The notes beneath the pieces are model-generated. The model saw nothing but the letters and a program-made list of their open reading frames with translations. It was not told the DNA's origin and ran no database searches. A program made the translations under genes and the position numbers. From positions 131,332 through 195,331 of the forward strand of contig CBDAOB010000001.1 of the NCBI GenBank assembly GCA_965197905.1: DNA of 64,000 nucleotides, read 5' to 3'. This document shows positions 51,288 through 61,234 of this stretch, piece by piece. The stretch is from Candidatus Latescibacterota bacterium. GTDB taxonomy: Bacteria > Latescibacterota > UBA2968 > UBA8231. Position 1 is the first letter of the stretch. Each line of letters begins with the position of its first letter.

Positions 51288-52205
51288 TTGGCTGAAGTGA
51301 TTGGTAGGAGTGATCTTGAATCCAGCCGCATTGTTTTCCTTTCTGAACAAACCGGAAACCCCGAGATCCATGCTATGAATGGAGACGGGTCCCACCGCGA
51401 CGTTGTAACGGAGAATTGGGCTCGACAGATCGACGCAGACGTACCAACAACTGTCCTGTCTGGGAATGGCGATTCCCTGCTCACGCTAGACATCTGTAGT
51501 CGACCTGATTGGTCCCCAGATGGCCAGACGATCGCCTACGAAGAGAGCGTAGAAAATCCGGACATTTGGATTATGAATGCGGATGGTACGGATAGACGGA
51601 GCCTCACATCCGACAACCACAAGAACGAGCAACCAAATTGGTCGCCAGACGGAGATTGGTTGGCCTTTGTCTCAGATCGCACAGACACAAAGTGTGTCTT
51701 CGTTTGTCGGAGAAATGGGAGTGAGATCAAACAGCTAACTGAAGACGTTGGCGATGCCCTGTACCCCACTTGGTCGCCTAGCGGATCTCAGATTTCGTTC
51801 AGTTTTGTGCAGAACGGGTGTAGGGACGTTTTGTTAGTTGACGTGCGAAGCAGGCAGACCCAGAAACTGACGCAAGGCAGCAACGATGAAGGAAAATCGT
51901 GGTGGTCGCCGGACGGCGAAAGGCTTCTGTACAACTCAATCGTGGACGGGAAAATGTGCGCTCACGTCATGAAATCAGATGGAACGGCTCGAACCACGTT
52001 GACAACCGACTCGAGCAACAACGAGGCGGTGTACGGATGGTCCCCAGATGGCCAGAAAATCCTCATTAGCTCGACACGGGAGGGAAACGAGGATCTTTAC
52101 CTCTTGGAATCGGATTCAGACAACGCCGTGCGACTGACATTCGGCGACTGCCCGGAAGGCAAATGCAGTGCATGGAACGCCAGCTGGTTCTCTATGGGTA
52201 ATTGA
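51288..52205 (+). CDS. TolB/PD40 beta-propeller protein
   Basis: Repeated WSPDG units. Confidence 0.85.
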   Translation: MAEVIGRSDLESSRIVFLSEQTGNPEIHAMNGDGSHRDVVTENWARQIDADVPTTVLSGNGDSLLTLDICSRPDWSPDGQTIAYEESVENPDIWIMNADGTDRRSLTSDNHKNEQPNWSPDGDWLAFVSDRTDTKCVFVCRRNGSEIKQLTEDVGDALYPTWSPSGSQISFSFVQNGCRDVLLVDVRSRQTQKLTQGSNDEGKSWWSPDGERLLYNSIVDGKMCAHVMKSDGTARTTLTTDSSNNEAVYGWSPDGQKILISSTREGNEDLYLLESDSDNAVRLTFGDCPEGKCSAWNASWFSMGN

Positions 52206-52503
52206 GGGCTGTATCACGGCCGAGTGATGAAACGAGGATCGCTGTGGATCGGGTCTTTCTTCGCGTAGCACGTCATGCCTGGCTCCGCGCTTGCGCCCTT
52301 CGCGAAACCGCTATTAGCGAAGGCCAGTGGTCAGATTAGCCGCCTCGTCCGCCGAGACTAAGACTCGCATCCTCGCGCTCGTGAAGGCGCCGAAGGCCAG
52401 TGGTCTAGCGTTCGAGCCCGCTCGTGAAGGCGCCCCCCGAGCCCGGCACCCCCGCTTTCCCAACTCGCGAAAGTGGTCTGCACTATAATAAAGATTTTCA
52501 CGC

Positions 52504-52558
52504 GAAATCCGTATGATACTACAGATTCTCGATCACATTCTGCGAAACAAAGCCATTC
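52504..52558 (+). repeat. empty homologue of the intron target site
   Basis: GAAATCCGTATGATACTACAGA|TTCTCGATCACATTCTGCGAAACAAAGCCATT versus the joined intron flanks. Confidence 0.85.
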
Positions 52559-53185
52559 GTTGTTAAGGAAGCGCTCGACGAGCCATAAGCTTAAACTAAT
52601 CCCTCCAATAGCGAGTTATTCTCGATGTCGCGAAGCGACAGGGAGATCTCCTTTGCGCAGGGAGATCTCCTTTGCGCGCTGATACGCCCTCTCAATATGA
52701 GTGTCGGCAACCGCTGCTACTCGTGGCCCATATTTCTTATGGTCCACAAGACTTGCAATAGCAAGACGTCGCCCTTTACTCCGCCGCACAAGACCATGAA
52801 GATCAGAGTATGAAAGCCTGCTTACAACATCACGAACTAAGTTAGAGCCTAGGAAACGGGGCCCCAGCAACATTAAGCCGCGATCACCCGCTGGTGGGGC
52901 CTGTAGGAAAGAATCGGCCAGGATCCTTCTCAAGTGGCGTCTTATCTGGCCCTGATTTGCCAGCGAGAGACCTATGAGGAGAACTGCGGATGCCCTGGGC
53001 CACTCTATCCACCAAGTCGAACCTGGTCAACAGTGCCTATGGCGCCAGCAAGATCGTTGATCGACCACTTCTCAAGGGGATCTGTCGCCAATAACCCTTG
53101 CCGGGGTACACTACTCACCCGGATATTTCGAGATAGGACACGCCGGCTGCAGCATCCCGGATCCCTCTGGAAGGATATGACAAGA

Positions 53186-54028
53186 ATGGCTGCATCAAAG
53201 ATCGAGTGGACAGAAGTCACATGGAACCCCGTCCGCGGGTGCGTGAAGGTTAGTCCAGGCTGCAAGCATTGCTACGCGGAGACTTTTGCAGAGCGATTCC
53301 GTGGGGTACCAGGCCATCCCTACGAACAAGGATTCGACCTGAGGTTGGTGCCTGAGAGGATGTTCGAACCACTCAAGTGGTCAGAACCAAAGGTCGTCTT
53401 TGTGAACTCAATGAGCGATCTGATCCAAGATGGGGTGCCGGACGACTATATAGAGAGGGTTGTGCGTGTAATGGTCGCGTCTCCTTGGCACACCTATCAG
53501 GTGCTGACGAAACGGCCAGCCAGGTTGGCCGCCCTGCTCAAGTCTGATCTGTCATTCGCATCCGATGCTTCACACATCTGGTGGGGGGTGAGCGTGGAGG
53601 ATCGGAAGTACGGCATCCCGCGAATTGACGAACTGCGGCATGCTCCGGCGAGAGTCCGGTTCCTATCAGTTGAGCCGCTACTTGAGGATATAGGTGATCT
53701 TGATCTTGAAGGAATACACTGGGTTATCGTTGGCGGAGAGAGCGGGCCTGGCGCGCGGCCAATGGAAGAGGCCTGGGTTCAGTCGATTCAGGATCAATGT
53801 GACGAGGCTGGAGTGCCTTTTTTCTTCAAACAGTGGGGTGGGGTTCAGAAGAAGAAGAATGGCAGGGCGTTGAATGGCCGCACGTACGACGCGCTTCCGG
53901 AAACTGCGTCAGAACTCCTTCCCCCACGGACGGTTCGCCGAGCACTCCAAGAGGACCTCAAGGATCTCATTCCCTGTTCGACCGAGATGCCACGCTCGGT
54001 ACAACCCGCGATGGCTTCGCTGGGCTGA
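53186..54028 (+). CDS. DUF5131 (phage Gp37/Gp68) family protein
   Basis: SKIEWTEVTWNPVRGCVKVSPGCKHCYA, FVNSMSD, GGESG, FFFKQWGG. Confidence 0.92.
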   Translation: MAASKIEWTEVTWNPVRGCVKVSPGCKHCYAETFAERFRGVPGHPYEQGFDLRLVPERMFEPLKWSEPKVVFVNSMSDLIQDGVPDDYIERVVRVMVASPWHTYQVLTKRPARLAALLKSDLSFASDASHIWWGVSVEDRKYGIPRIDELRHAPARVRFLSVEPLLEDIGDLDLEGIHWVIVGGESGPGARPMEEAWVQSIQDQCDEAGVPFFFKQWGGVQKKKNGRALNGRTYDALPETASELLPPRTVRRALQEDLKDLIPCSTEMPRSVQPAMASLG

Positions 54029-54065
54029 GCTTCCGTACGCCCTTCAGTAATCGTAATAGAGTGCA

Positions 54066-54501
54066 TTGACAAAGCAATCTCCATCCGGTCAACTCGACGA
54101 TGAGCCGACTCTCTTTGAGATGCCTGCCCCTATCGTCCCCGAGCCTCGGATCAAGGTACTCACGCACCCTGTCTGGACCGAGCACAAGGCGCGCCTGATT
54201 CAACGCTATCTGTTCTACTTCGTAATGATCACAAAGCACGGGACCTACATAGATGGCTTCGCAGGGCCTCAGAAGGGCAACGAGGAGGACATGTGGAGCG
54301 CGCGGCTTGTTCTCGAGAGTCGGCCCCGCTGGTTCCGGAATTTCTACAAACCCCTTGGGGCTCCAAAGCGAGTTCCATGGCCTGTATGACATCAACGCTA
54401 ACCAGGTTAAGAGGCTTGAGGCTCTGAAGGCAAGACAGCCGCCACCGGACAAAGACAAGCACGAGCCACCTCGAGTCGTCGATATACAACAGGGGCCGTG
54501 A
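54066..54501 (+). pseudogene. three-Cys-motif partner (TcmP-like) remnant
   Basis: WTEHKARLIQRYL...YIDGFAGP; frameshifted and truncated. Confidence 0.7.
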
Positions 54502-55335
54502 CGGGCCTATTGGTATGCTTAGCGGGAGAATTGGGTCGCCATCGACATCTGCAATCCTGTCGCGATGACGCTTCACTAGGCCGCATGTCGCTAAGCCTTG
54601 GTCACCGATGCAAGAATCAAACGCGTGCGCTCAGATCAGTCGTGGTTGCCCTGAAACGTGGCGCAGTGGAAGTGACTCAGCCGTTCTTGTTTCCACCTCG
54701 ATCAACCTCTACGGTGGACCCCAATAAAACGCCAGGCGCTAACAAAAAACTGCGCTGGCGCCCAACCTGTCAAAACAAGAGTAAGGACCCCACACGGCGT
54801 CGTATCAAGTCCTGTGGCGGTCGAGACAATTTTGCCGAGATCTTGCGATATGGATACTCGCCTGGAGGTCCGCCATGTACAAGATCGCCCTCGCCGACGA
54901 CCATTACGCTCTGCAGTTGCGGAACACGCGCAACCCGTTTGTCACGAACGAGAGTAACCCCTCTCTGTGTGAGACAGCCACGAGCGTGGTTGAGGGAGAG
55001 TTCACCGTCGGTCGGCAATGTCAGCGATTTCAGCTTCGGATTGTTATAGAGGAACTGACAGCGCTACGCTCCACCAATGGGAATCATGAGGTCACCTGAC
55101 AGCCGGGCCCACTTAGCGGGGAGAGATCTTTCAGCCCTTCAAGATCCTAATGGTCACTGGCTAACCTTGCTCAGTTCGCTCACTGGTCGGGGGGACGTAC
55201 AGGCACCACGTCCTCGTTCGAGACTAGCTGAGATCAGCGACAGGTACTCCTGCGAAGCGACCAGCGCAAACCGCGCTGTCGTATGTTACCGGGAGTAGAA
55301 GGCTAGCCTACGTCGCAATCTTGCCGGGCAGTTCA

Positions 55336-55962
55336 TCAAGATCCTGAATTATCGCGTCTACGACGGGTGGTTCTGGCCAATTCGCCACGCTTCCATATCG
55401 CTCTCATTCCACACTCCTTCGCCCCACCAACGTCAGCAGCTGGATTGTCTCCGACCATTACTGCCTCTTCCACTGAAATTCCTAGACTGCCTACTGCGCG
55501 TAGGAAAATCTCCGGGTCTGGTTTAGCAATCCCTTCCGATTCGGAAATCAAGACGGTGTCGAAATACCCTGAAATTCCCAACCCATCGATCTTGGGTTGC
55601 TGCGACGCAACACGTCCATTGGTAACAAGGCCCAATTTGAGTCCTTGCTGTCGAAGTGTCGCGAGCGTTTGATGCGCCTTTGGAAATGGGACACAGATGT
55701 GTGGGAAATACGCTAAAAAATCTTCCAACAACAGCTTCCACGTGCCGGGAGAGAGGTCAAATTCTCGTTCGACGCACCTGAACACTTCGTCCTTATTAGC
55801 GTAACCGTGAGCGTCCAACTCGACTACGCGGTTCATGTATTCGGTAAATGCAACAGACTGCAGCTCTCTCAGGCGCCTGAACTGGCGATGCAGATATACT
55901 ATCAGGCTGCTCTGCCGATCCAACAGTGTCTCATCGAGATCGAACAAAACTGCATGTATCAC
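55336..55962 (-). CDS. HAD hydrolase (C-terminus probably frameshifted)
   Basis: FDLDETL, VTNG, KPDPEIF, VGDNPAADVGGA. Confidence 0.88.
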   Translation of the reverse strand: MIHAVLFDLDETLLDRQSSLIVYLHRQFRRLRELQSVAFTEYMNRVVELDAHGYANKDEVFRCVEREFDLSPGTWKLLLEDFLAYFPHICVPFPKAHQTLATLRQQGLKLGLVTNGRVASQQPKIDGLGISGYFDTVLISESEGIAKPDPEIFLRAVGSLGISVEEAVMVGDNPAADVGGAKECGMRAIWKRGELARTTRRRRDNSGS

Positions 55963-56100
55963 TGTGCTCCCTCCCACTATTTCGGGCAACGTCTCACCGG
56001 GTTGCCGAACTCGCGCAAGCGGCGCAGCGGCAACTGGTTAACCGTAGTACCAAGACAATGGATCGAACCAACTATCTGCTCAACGCCGCGCATGTGTCGT

Positions 56101-56679
56101 CTAATCGAGTTCGCACCGAACGCCGATGCCGATGCGTGCGATAGCGTCCTCTTGATCAGGGCGGCGCACGATGAGTTCCACACAGGTCGCTTCATCTACG
56201 AAGAAGCCTCCTGCAAACACCACCCAAACATCGGTCCCCCCGCAAGCCGGCACGATGATTCGTTGCACCGGCTCGTCGCGGTCGCCCCAATGGACTCGAG
56301 TGGTAGAGCCCTCAGGAACAACAATCTCAAACGCCGAATCCGCACGAACAATCAGACCGGTCTTGGAGAAGAACTGTCCAAAGTCTAAATCTTGTGGTCC
56401 CACCTGCAGCGTGAGAGAGGGAAATGCGACGACATCTCCGACGATAGAGTCCTTTGGCCGCAACTCTGACAAGCCGTCGATGACTTGGTCGCATAGCAAC
56501 GTGGTCTCGGTTGGTTCCGCGTCCAGGGTGGATTGAGTCGCCTCGTGGCCATCGCTGCAAGAGACAGAACACGCAAGGCATAGGACTATGCTAGTTCGTA
56601 TGATCTCCCCCCAGTGGCCGCCAGATGAACCAAGGGCGGTCGGGTACGCGCTGGCGTGAGTTAGCTGAGAATACATCAT
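56101..56679 (-). CDS. hypothetical lipoprotein-like cassette protein (start uncertain)
   Basis: IVLCLACSVSC; FFSKTGLIVR...WVVFAGGFFVDEATCV. Confidence 0.45.
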   Translation of the reverse strand: MMYSQLTHASAYPTALGSSGGHWGEIIRTSIVLCLACSVSCSDGHEATQSTLDAEPTETTLLCDQVIDGLSELRPKDSIVGDVVAFPSLTLQVGPQDLDFGQFFSKTGLIVRADSAFEIVVPEGSTTRVHWGDRDEPVQRIIVPACGGTDVWVVFAGGFFVDEATCVELIVRRPDQEDAIARIGIGVRCELD

Positions 56680-56737
56680 AGAACCTATGGCATCGAATGA
56701 TGCCCGCCTGTAGCACACAAGGCGCGCTGAAAACGAT

Positions 56738-56792
56738 GAATGCGGTTGCGCGAAGGGCGAACGCCCGAAGCCGGGCACGGACGTGTTAACGG
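56738..56792 (-). repeat. attC-like palindrome, family A (partial)
   Basis: GAATGCGGTTGCGCGAAGGGCGAACGCCCGAAGCCGGGCACGGACGTGTTAAC on the + strand. Confidence 0.6.
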
Positions 56793-56827
56793 CTGTGGGC
56801 AGATCTCTCTGTTGGAGCCGATCCAAC

Positions 56828-57296
56828 TCAGATTGATGCGCAATACTTATCCAGCGCAGACCTGTCAGCCTCGAAACCCAATTCAGTTCGGTTCAGCTTC
56901 TCAGGATGAGCGAGGAAGAAATGATCAATGTCGTCGTTTGCCTGAGCTTCCGTGAGATCCGCGCCCTTAACGATGAAGTACGCGACCGAGGTGAAGTACT
57001 GGACATCTCTGTACAAATATGTGCTTCCGAAGGAGGTCAAATATTGGAGATCTTGTACCTGGACGCCTAATTCCTCTTGCAATTCGCGGACCAGAGTGTC
57101 TTCGAGGTTCGTTTGCCCTTCGTGTAATGACTATCCGATCCCCGCTCTCAATGATGCCAACCGCGGAGGCAAGAGGGCCATGATAGTAGACATATCCACA
57201 GGACGTGCATGTCAGGCTGGCGTTGTCGCCTTGTTGGATTCTACTTTCTCCGCAACGTGGGCAAAACTCAAAGCCTGTCAGCTCGCGTACATCCAT
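56828..57296 (-). pseudogene. zinc-ribbon NUDIX hydrolase with internal deletion
   Basis: FCPRCG...CTSCG...RRANEP, then QEELGV in another frame. Confidence 0.72.
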
Positions 57297-57329
57297 AGGA
57301 CTTTCTGCCTTGGCTCAAGGTCCCATTGC

Positions 57330-57413
57330 CGTTAACATTTTCGCCGTGCCCGAACCGCGAATGCGGTTGCGCGAAGGGCGCAAGCCCGAAGCCGGGCACG
57401 GGGCGTGTTACAC
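57330..57413 (-). repeat. attC-like palindrome, family A (best copy)
   Basis: Minus strand GTGTAAC ACGCC CCGTGCCCG...CGGGCACGG CGAAAAT GTTAACG. Confidence 0.68.
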
Positions 57414-57453
57414 GCCTGCCGGGCTCGCGGCATCGCGAATTGCCCCGCCAAAT

Positions 57454-58110
57454 CTACTCCACGGAGGTTCCCGGGACGAGATTCGAGGTCACAAAAAAGT
57501 CTCTGCCCAGTTGATACGTGATCTCGAGGTTTCTTGCCCTGTTCCTCGGCCTCGCACCTGGGTCCACCATTCCGGGTAGGACAACGAACTCACAATGTTT
57601 CACGCCAGCATCTGGTCGCAGACGATCGTTTGTATATAGGCGTTCCATGCTCTCAGCAATTCCAGTTTCCCGTAGAATCTCCATATCGTTCCCTGCTGGA
57701 CAGAGTACCAACGCCCTTTCGATAGATAGACGTGAGAAGGAATAGGCTTCTTTGGCAAATTTGTACTCGTACGCGTAACCGCAGACCCAAACTCGATCAA
57801 ACCATCCCTTCAGTTTGGCAGGGCAGTCGCTCCACCAAACGGGAAAAACGAACGCTAGACCGTCGGCCTTCGCGATTTTGCGGTGTTCGACCTTCACGTC
57901 TGATGGAACTGGTAGCGTTGGGCGATTACCCGAGACGTTCATCTCACGGTTGTATTCGTCGAGAGTTACCTCCGACCTGAAGTTCATCCCATACAAGTCC
58001 CCAATCTCGTACGAATGGCCGCCGTCGCACAGCCCGCGACACAATTCTTCCAGGACTTCTCCTGAAAAGGAATTTCTAGTAGGATGGGCGAAGATTACAT
58101 ATGCATGCAT
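57454..58110 (-). CDS. NAD(P)H:quinone oxidoreductase, flavodoxin_2 family
   Basis: FAHPTRNSF, DLYGMNF, FPVWWSDCPAKLKGWFDRV. Confidence 0.9.
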   Translation of the reverse strand: MHAYVIFAHPTRNSFSGEVLEELCRGLCDGGHSYEIGDLYGMNFRSEVTLDEYNREMNVSGNRPTLPVPSDVKVEHRKIAKADGLAFVFPVWWSDCPAKLKGWFDRVWVCGYAYEYKFAKEAYSFSRLSIERALVLCPAGNDMEILRETGIAESMERLYTNDRLRPDAGVKHCEFVVLPGMVDPGARPRNRARNLEITYQLGRDFFVTSNLVPGTSVE

Positions 58111-58171
58111 CGGAGATTCTCGTGAAATGCGCAGAACATCGGGCAGAAGTCTCTCAACATATCCCCGGTGG

Positions 58172-58250
58172 CGTGTAGCGATTTCGCCGTGCCCGAACCG
58201 CGAATGCGGTTGTGCGAAGGGCCCGAAGCCGGGTCACGGACCTGCTAAAG
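58172..58250 (-). repeat. attC-like palindrome, family A
   Basis: TTTCGCCGTGCCCGAACCGCGAATGCGGTTG.GCGAAGGG shared with the 57330 copy. Confidence 0.62.
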
Positions 58251-58289
58251 GACGTGGGGCAAAACACCACCCGGACCTGGACCTCGCCT

Positions 58290-58640
58290 CTAAATTACCC
58301 TTCGAGGGGCAGCCGTGTTCGGATCTCCAGTGTTGGGCGTTCCGTGCGGCTCGATTAAAAGCACGTGTGCTTCTTCAGCCGCAACGGGACAATGCTCGAC
58401 ACCTTTTGGAACCACAAAGATTTCACCTGGACCCAATACAAAATCCTCCTCATGGGTCTGTATTGTCACACTGCCTTTGAGAACTAGAAAAAAGTCGTCG
58501 GTGTCTTCGTGGTTGTGCCAGACAAACTGGCCTTTGAGTTTCACGACCATGATATCGTGTCCGTTGAACTCGCCCACTGTTCGCGGTTGGTAATGTTCAG
58601 AGAACGTCGACAGTTTCTCTGCTAAATCTATCTTTCTCAT
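58290..58640 (-). CDS. cupin-domain protein
   Basis: FVWHNHEDTDDFFLV, VVPKGVEHCP. Confidence 0.9.
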   Translation of the reverse strand: MRKIDLAEKLSTFSEHYQPRTVGEFNGHDIMVVKLKGQFVWHNHEDTDDFFLVLKGSVTIQTHEEDFVLGPGEIFVVPKGVEHCPVAAEEAHVLLIEPHGTPNTGDPNTAAPRRVI

Positions 58641-59024
58641 TGAGTACCTTCTCTCCTGTGGCGGCCTGGGCGCCCCATGTTCCTTTAACGATCTCACAAT
58701 TTACGAAGTCGCGAATGCGATTTGCCGGGGTCAAACCTGACCGCCAGCTGTTCCGGACATGCACGATTTGCCCACCTACATCCTGATACGTTGCCGCGCG
58801 GCGCAATCAACTGTGCGAGCTGACGCACGTTCGCGCAAGGTGTTGTCGTGGTTCGGGCAATTCCCAACCCGGAGCCTGCGGATTGCTTGCAGTGCTGGCC
58901 TTGAAGCCACAGATTCCCATCACCGCGTTGTGGCTTGGGGTAGGCCGTCACGCACGAGCGGTGTTGCCGCGACCGCAGTCAGATCTGGAGGGGATGCTGA
59001 CAAAGTAGGTGTGGCGCCTCGAAC

Positions 59025-59762
59025 TCAATTGCCCGACGCTATCGCCAGGGCTTCACCGGTTGTCGCGCTGACACCCCGTAACTGGCCCACCCTCCCGATG
59101 AACTCCTCCTGCAGCTGCTGCACTTGAGCAAGCAGCCCATCAGCGCGCTGCCGGGCGCCCCGAGCCCACTTTCCGTCACGAAAGTCCGTCAGATTCAAGT
59201 AGACGATCGACAGAGCACCACTCGCGCCCGCGATGGCCGACGTGATGGCGACGCCCGAATCTCCTCGAGCGGATTGGAAGCCAAGATCAAACACGAGGAG
59301 CGCATTCCTGGCGACGCCAATTGAGAGTTCAGCAATCTCAAGAGGGATGTCAGTAGCGATGCGCAACTCTTGGCGTGCCTTACTCTGCAGGCGTCGTCTG
59401 TCCGGAGATCGCCGCCCGGCCCGGTCTCTATCCCTTCTGGCATTGATGACCCTAGCAAACTGGGCCGAGTCCTCTTGAAGAAGGTTAACTAGGCGGGGTT
59501 CTAGAGACCTCGCGATGTTCTCCACCGCCAGCGTCAACTGTCCCAGGACTTCTCCGTACCTCTCCCGCCCCTTGGTCAGACTGACAACAGTGTCAAGCAG
59601 CTTGCACGAGACAAGAGTGAGCAGTGCCGCGGCGCTACCTGAACCCGGTTTGTGGCTGCCAGCGCCGAACTTGTCGAGCAGCACGTGTGTAGGAAGCTCG
59701 AGCAACACTCCGTGGTCGACCGGAACCACAGAGACTTGCTCCTTCTGAGATCCACTCGCCAT
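59025..59762 (-). CDS. cyclodeaminase/cyclohydrolase (FTCD_C) family protein
   Basis: KFGAGSHKPGSGSAAAL, EDSAQF, ATDIPLEIA, SARGDSGVA, GALSIVYLNL. Confidence 0.85.
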   Translation of the reverse strand: MASGSQKEQVSVVPVDHGVLLELPTHVLLDKFGAGSHKPGSGSAAALLTLVSCKLLDTVVSLTKGRERYGEVLGQLTLAVENIARSLEPRLVNLLQEDSAQFARVINARRDRDRAGRRSPDRRRLQSKARQELRIATDIPLEIAELSIGVARNALLVFDLGFQSARGDSGVAITSAIAGASGALSIVYLNLTDFRDGKWARGARQRADGLLAQVQQLQEEFIGRVGQLRGVSATTGEALAIASGN

Positions 59763-59900
59763 CTAATGCGACCTCCCACGTTGTCTTAGGATTCCCAGGG
59801 AGAAGGTTGACGCAACCCGCTGTGACGCGTGCGGAGCTTCCGCCCAATTACCCATCGCCATGTCAACTTCGTCATCAGTACGAATCTCGATGTCGTAGGT

Positions 59901-60680
59901 CTATCGATCCGGCTGCTGGAAGAGATCTTGAATAGTCCCTTCGTTCTCTATCCGGCGCTTGATTGCTCCAACAACAGCTAGGTATCTGATCAACCAGCCT
60001 CCCCTTGCTGTGGTGACACGCTCTCGCGCGTATGCGACATCGCTGTAGCTGATTGACAGGCCCTCTGCCGACAGGTTGTTTATAAGTCGCCTGAAGTACG
60101 CTTGATGCCCCCCCCGACCGGTAACGGCCCTAGTGATGACCTCTCTCTCCTTCGCGGTGATCGGGATGACTGCGGTAGAATCCATACCACCTCTGCCTCG
60201 CAGCATTCGCTCTCGCACCACTACGGCCTCCGACGGCAGGCCAAGATAAGTGGCGAATGCCCTCAGATCGCATGGATACATTGATTCGGCACACTCCCAC
60301 TCCGATTCCGTGATCAGCTTGTTAGCGGCCCACTGGTTCGCTGCCTCCTCGCGTGGATCCTGTTTTCGCCAAGTCCCCCATCGTCGCTTCGATCTGTCGT
60401 CTGACCCATGAATGAACGGTGAGAAGAGATCTGACTGCTGATCTAGGAAGTGATGACCAAGCTCGTGCGCAAATACCCATGCCTGCCACTCAGGCGACAG
60501 TGCCTCGTTTATCGCGATTCCAGGTCCTTCATCCTTTTCGCGGATGTAGAGTCCTGCCCAGTCGCAACCGTCCTCTGCGTTGGTGTCCATGAACTCAACC
60601 CGGACACCCTCGTCGGCGGCAGTCTGCGCAAGAGTTTCCAAATGCTCCTTGGTACGATCGCTGCCGCCTCCGGCTGTCAT
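59901..60680 (-). CDS. ImmA/IrrE-family metallopeptidase with extra C-terminal domain
   Basis: FAHELGH, EEAANQWAANKLI; C-terminal GRGGHQAYFRRL...GGW. Confidence 0.85.
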   Translation of the reverse strand: MTAGGGSDRTKEHLETLAQTAADEGVRVEFMDTNAEDGCDWAGLYIREKDEGPGIAINEALSPEWQAWVFAHELGHHFLDQQSDLFSPFIHGSDDRSKRRWGTWRKQDPREEAANQWAANKLITESEWECAESMYPCDLRAFATYLGLPSEAVVVRERMLRGRGGMDSTAVIPITAKEREVITRAVTGRGGHQAYFRRLINNLSAEGLSISYSDVAYARERVTTARGGWLIRYLAVVGAIKRRIENEGTIQDLFQQPDR

Positions 60681-61234
60681 CCCTCACCCTCCGATTCGGA
60701 ACTCGAAACCATCCTGCGAAGAAGCTCGCGAGCTACAGGTCTGAGCCCTGGCGGACACTCGCCGCTACTGGCTGCTGCCTTCATCAGTCTGTCGACACGT
60801 TCATCCAGAGCCGCGTCGTCCTGGGTGTCGGCCTGCACACTCTCATCTCGCTCACGGTCTAGTTGCTCAATTCCCTGCCGCAGCAATGCGCCTGCGACCT
60901 GACCAGGGGCAGCATTCACACCAACGGTCTTCATGACTTCTGCCACCTCCTTGAGTTTGTTCCACTCTTCCTCGGTTAGCGGGATCTTTCGGCGTCGGGT
61001 GACTTGCCGTCTTCCCGGTCGCCCGCCCGTCGAAACAAGCTCGGACACAAGGTGCTCCCGAAGGGCGTAGAAGGCGACCGGATTTGCCCCCGAAGTGCTC
61101 TCGCCGACTTGGTCTGCCCCAAGCTCCTTTCCAATTTCGTCCGGTTCCAGCCGATCAAGAGCGAGGCTCGTGTCGCGGACACGCCTCAAGGACTTGGTGT
61201 CTTTGATCTTTCTCGCCACAGTATCTCCTGTCAC
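60677..61234 (-). CDS. hypothetical protein, possible ribbon-helix-helix DNA binder
   Basis: STGGRP...RRKIPLTEEEWNKLKEVAE...PGQVAGALL; 4-nt overlaps on both sides. Confidence 0.7.
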   Translation of the reverse strand: MTGDTVARKIKDTKSLRRVRDTSLALDRLEPDEIGKELGADQVGESTSGANPVAFYALREHLVSELVSTGGRPGRRQVTRRRKIPLTEEEWNKLKEVAEVMKTVGVNAAPGQVAGALLRQGIEQLDRERDESVQADTQDDAALDERVDRLMKAAASSGECPPGLRPVARELLRRMVSSSESEGEG

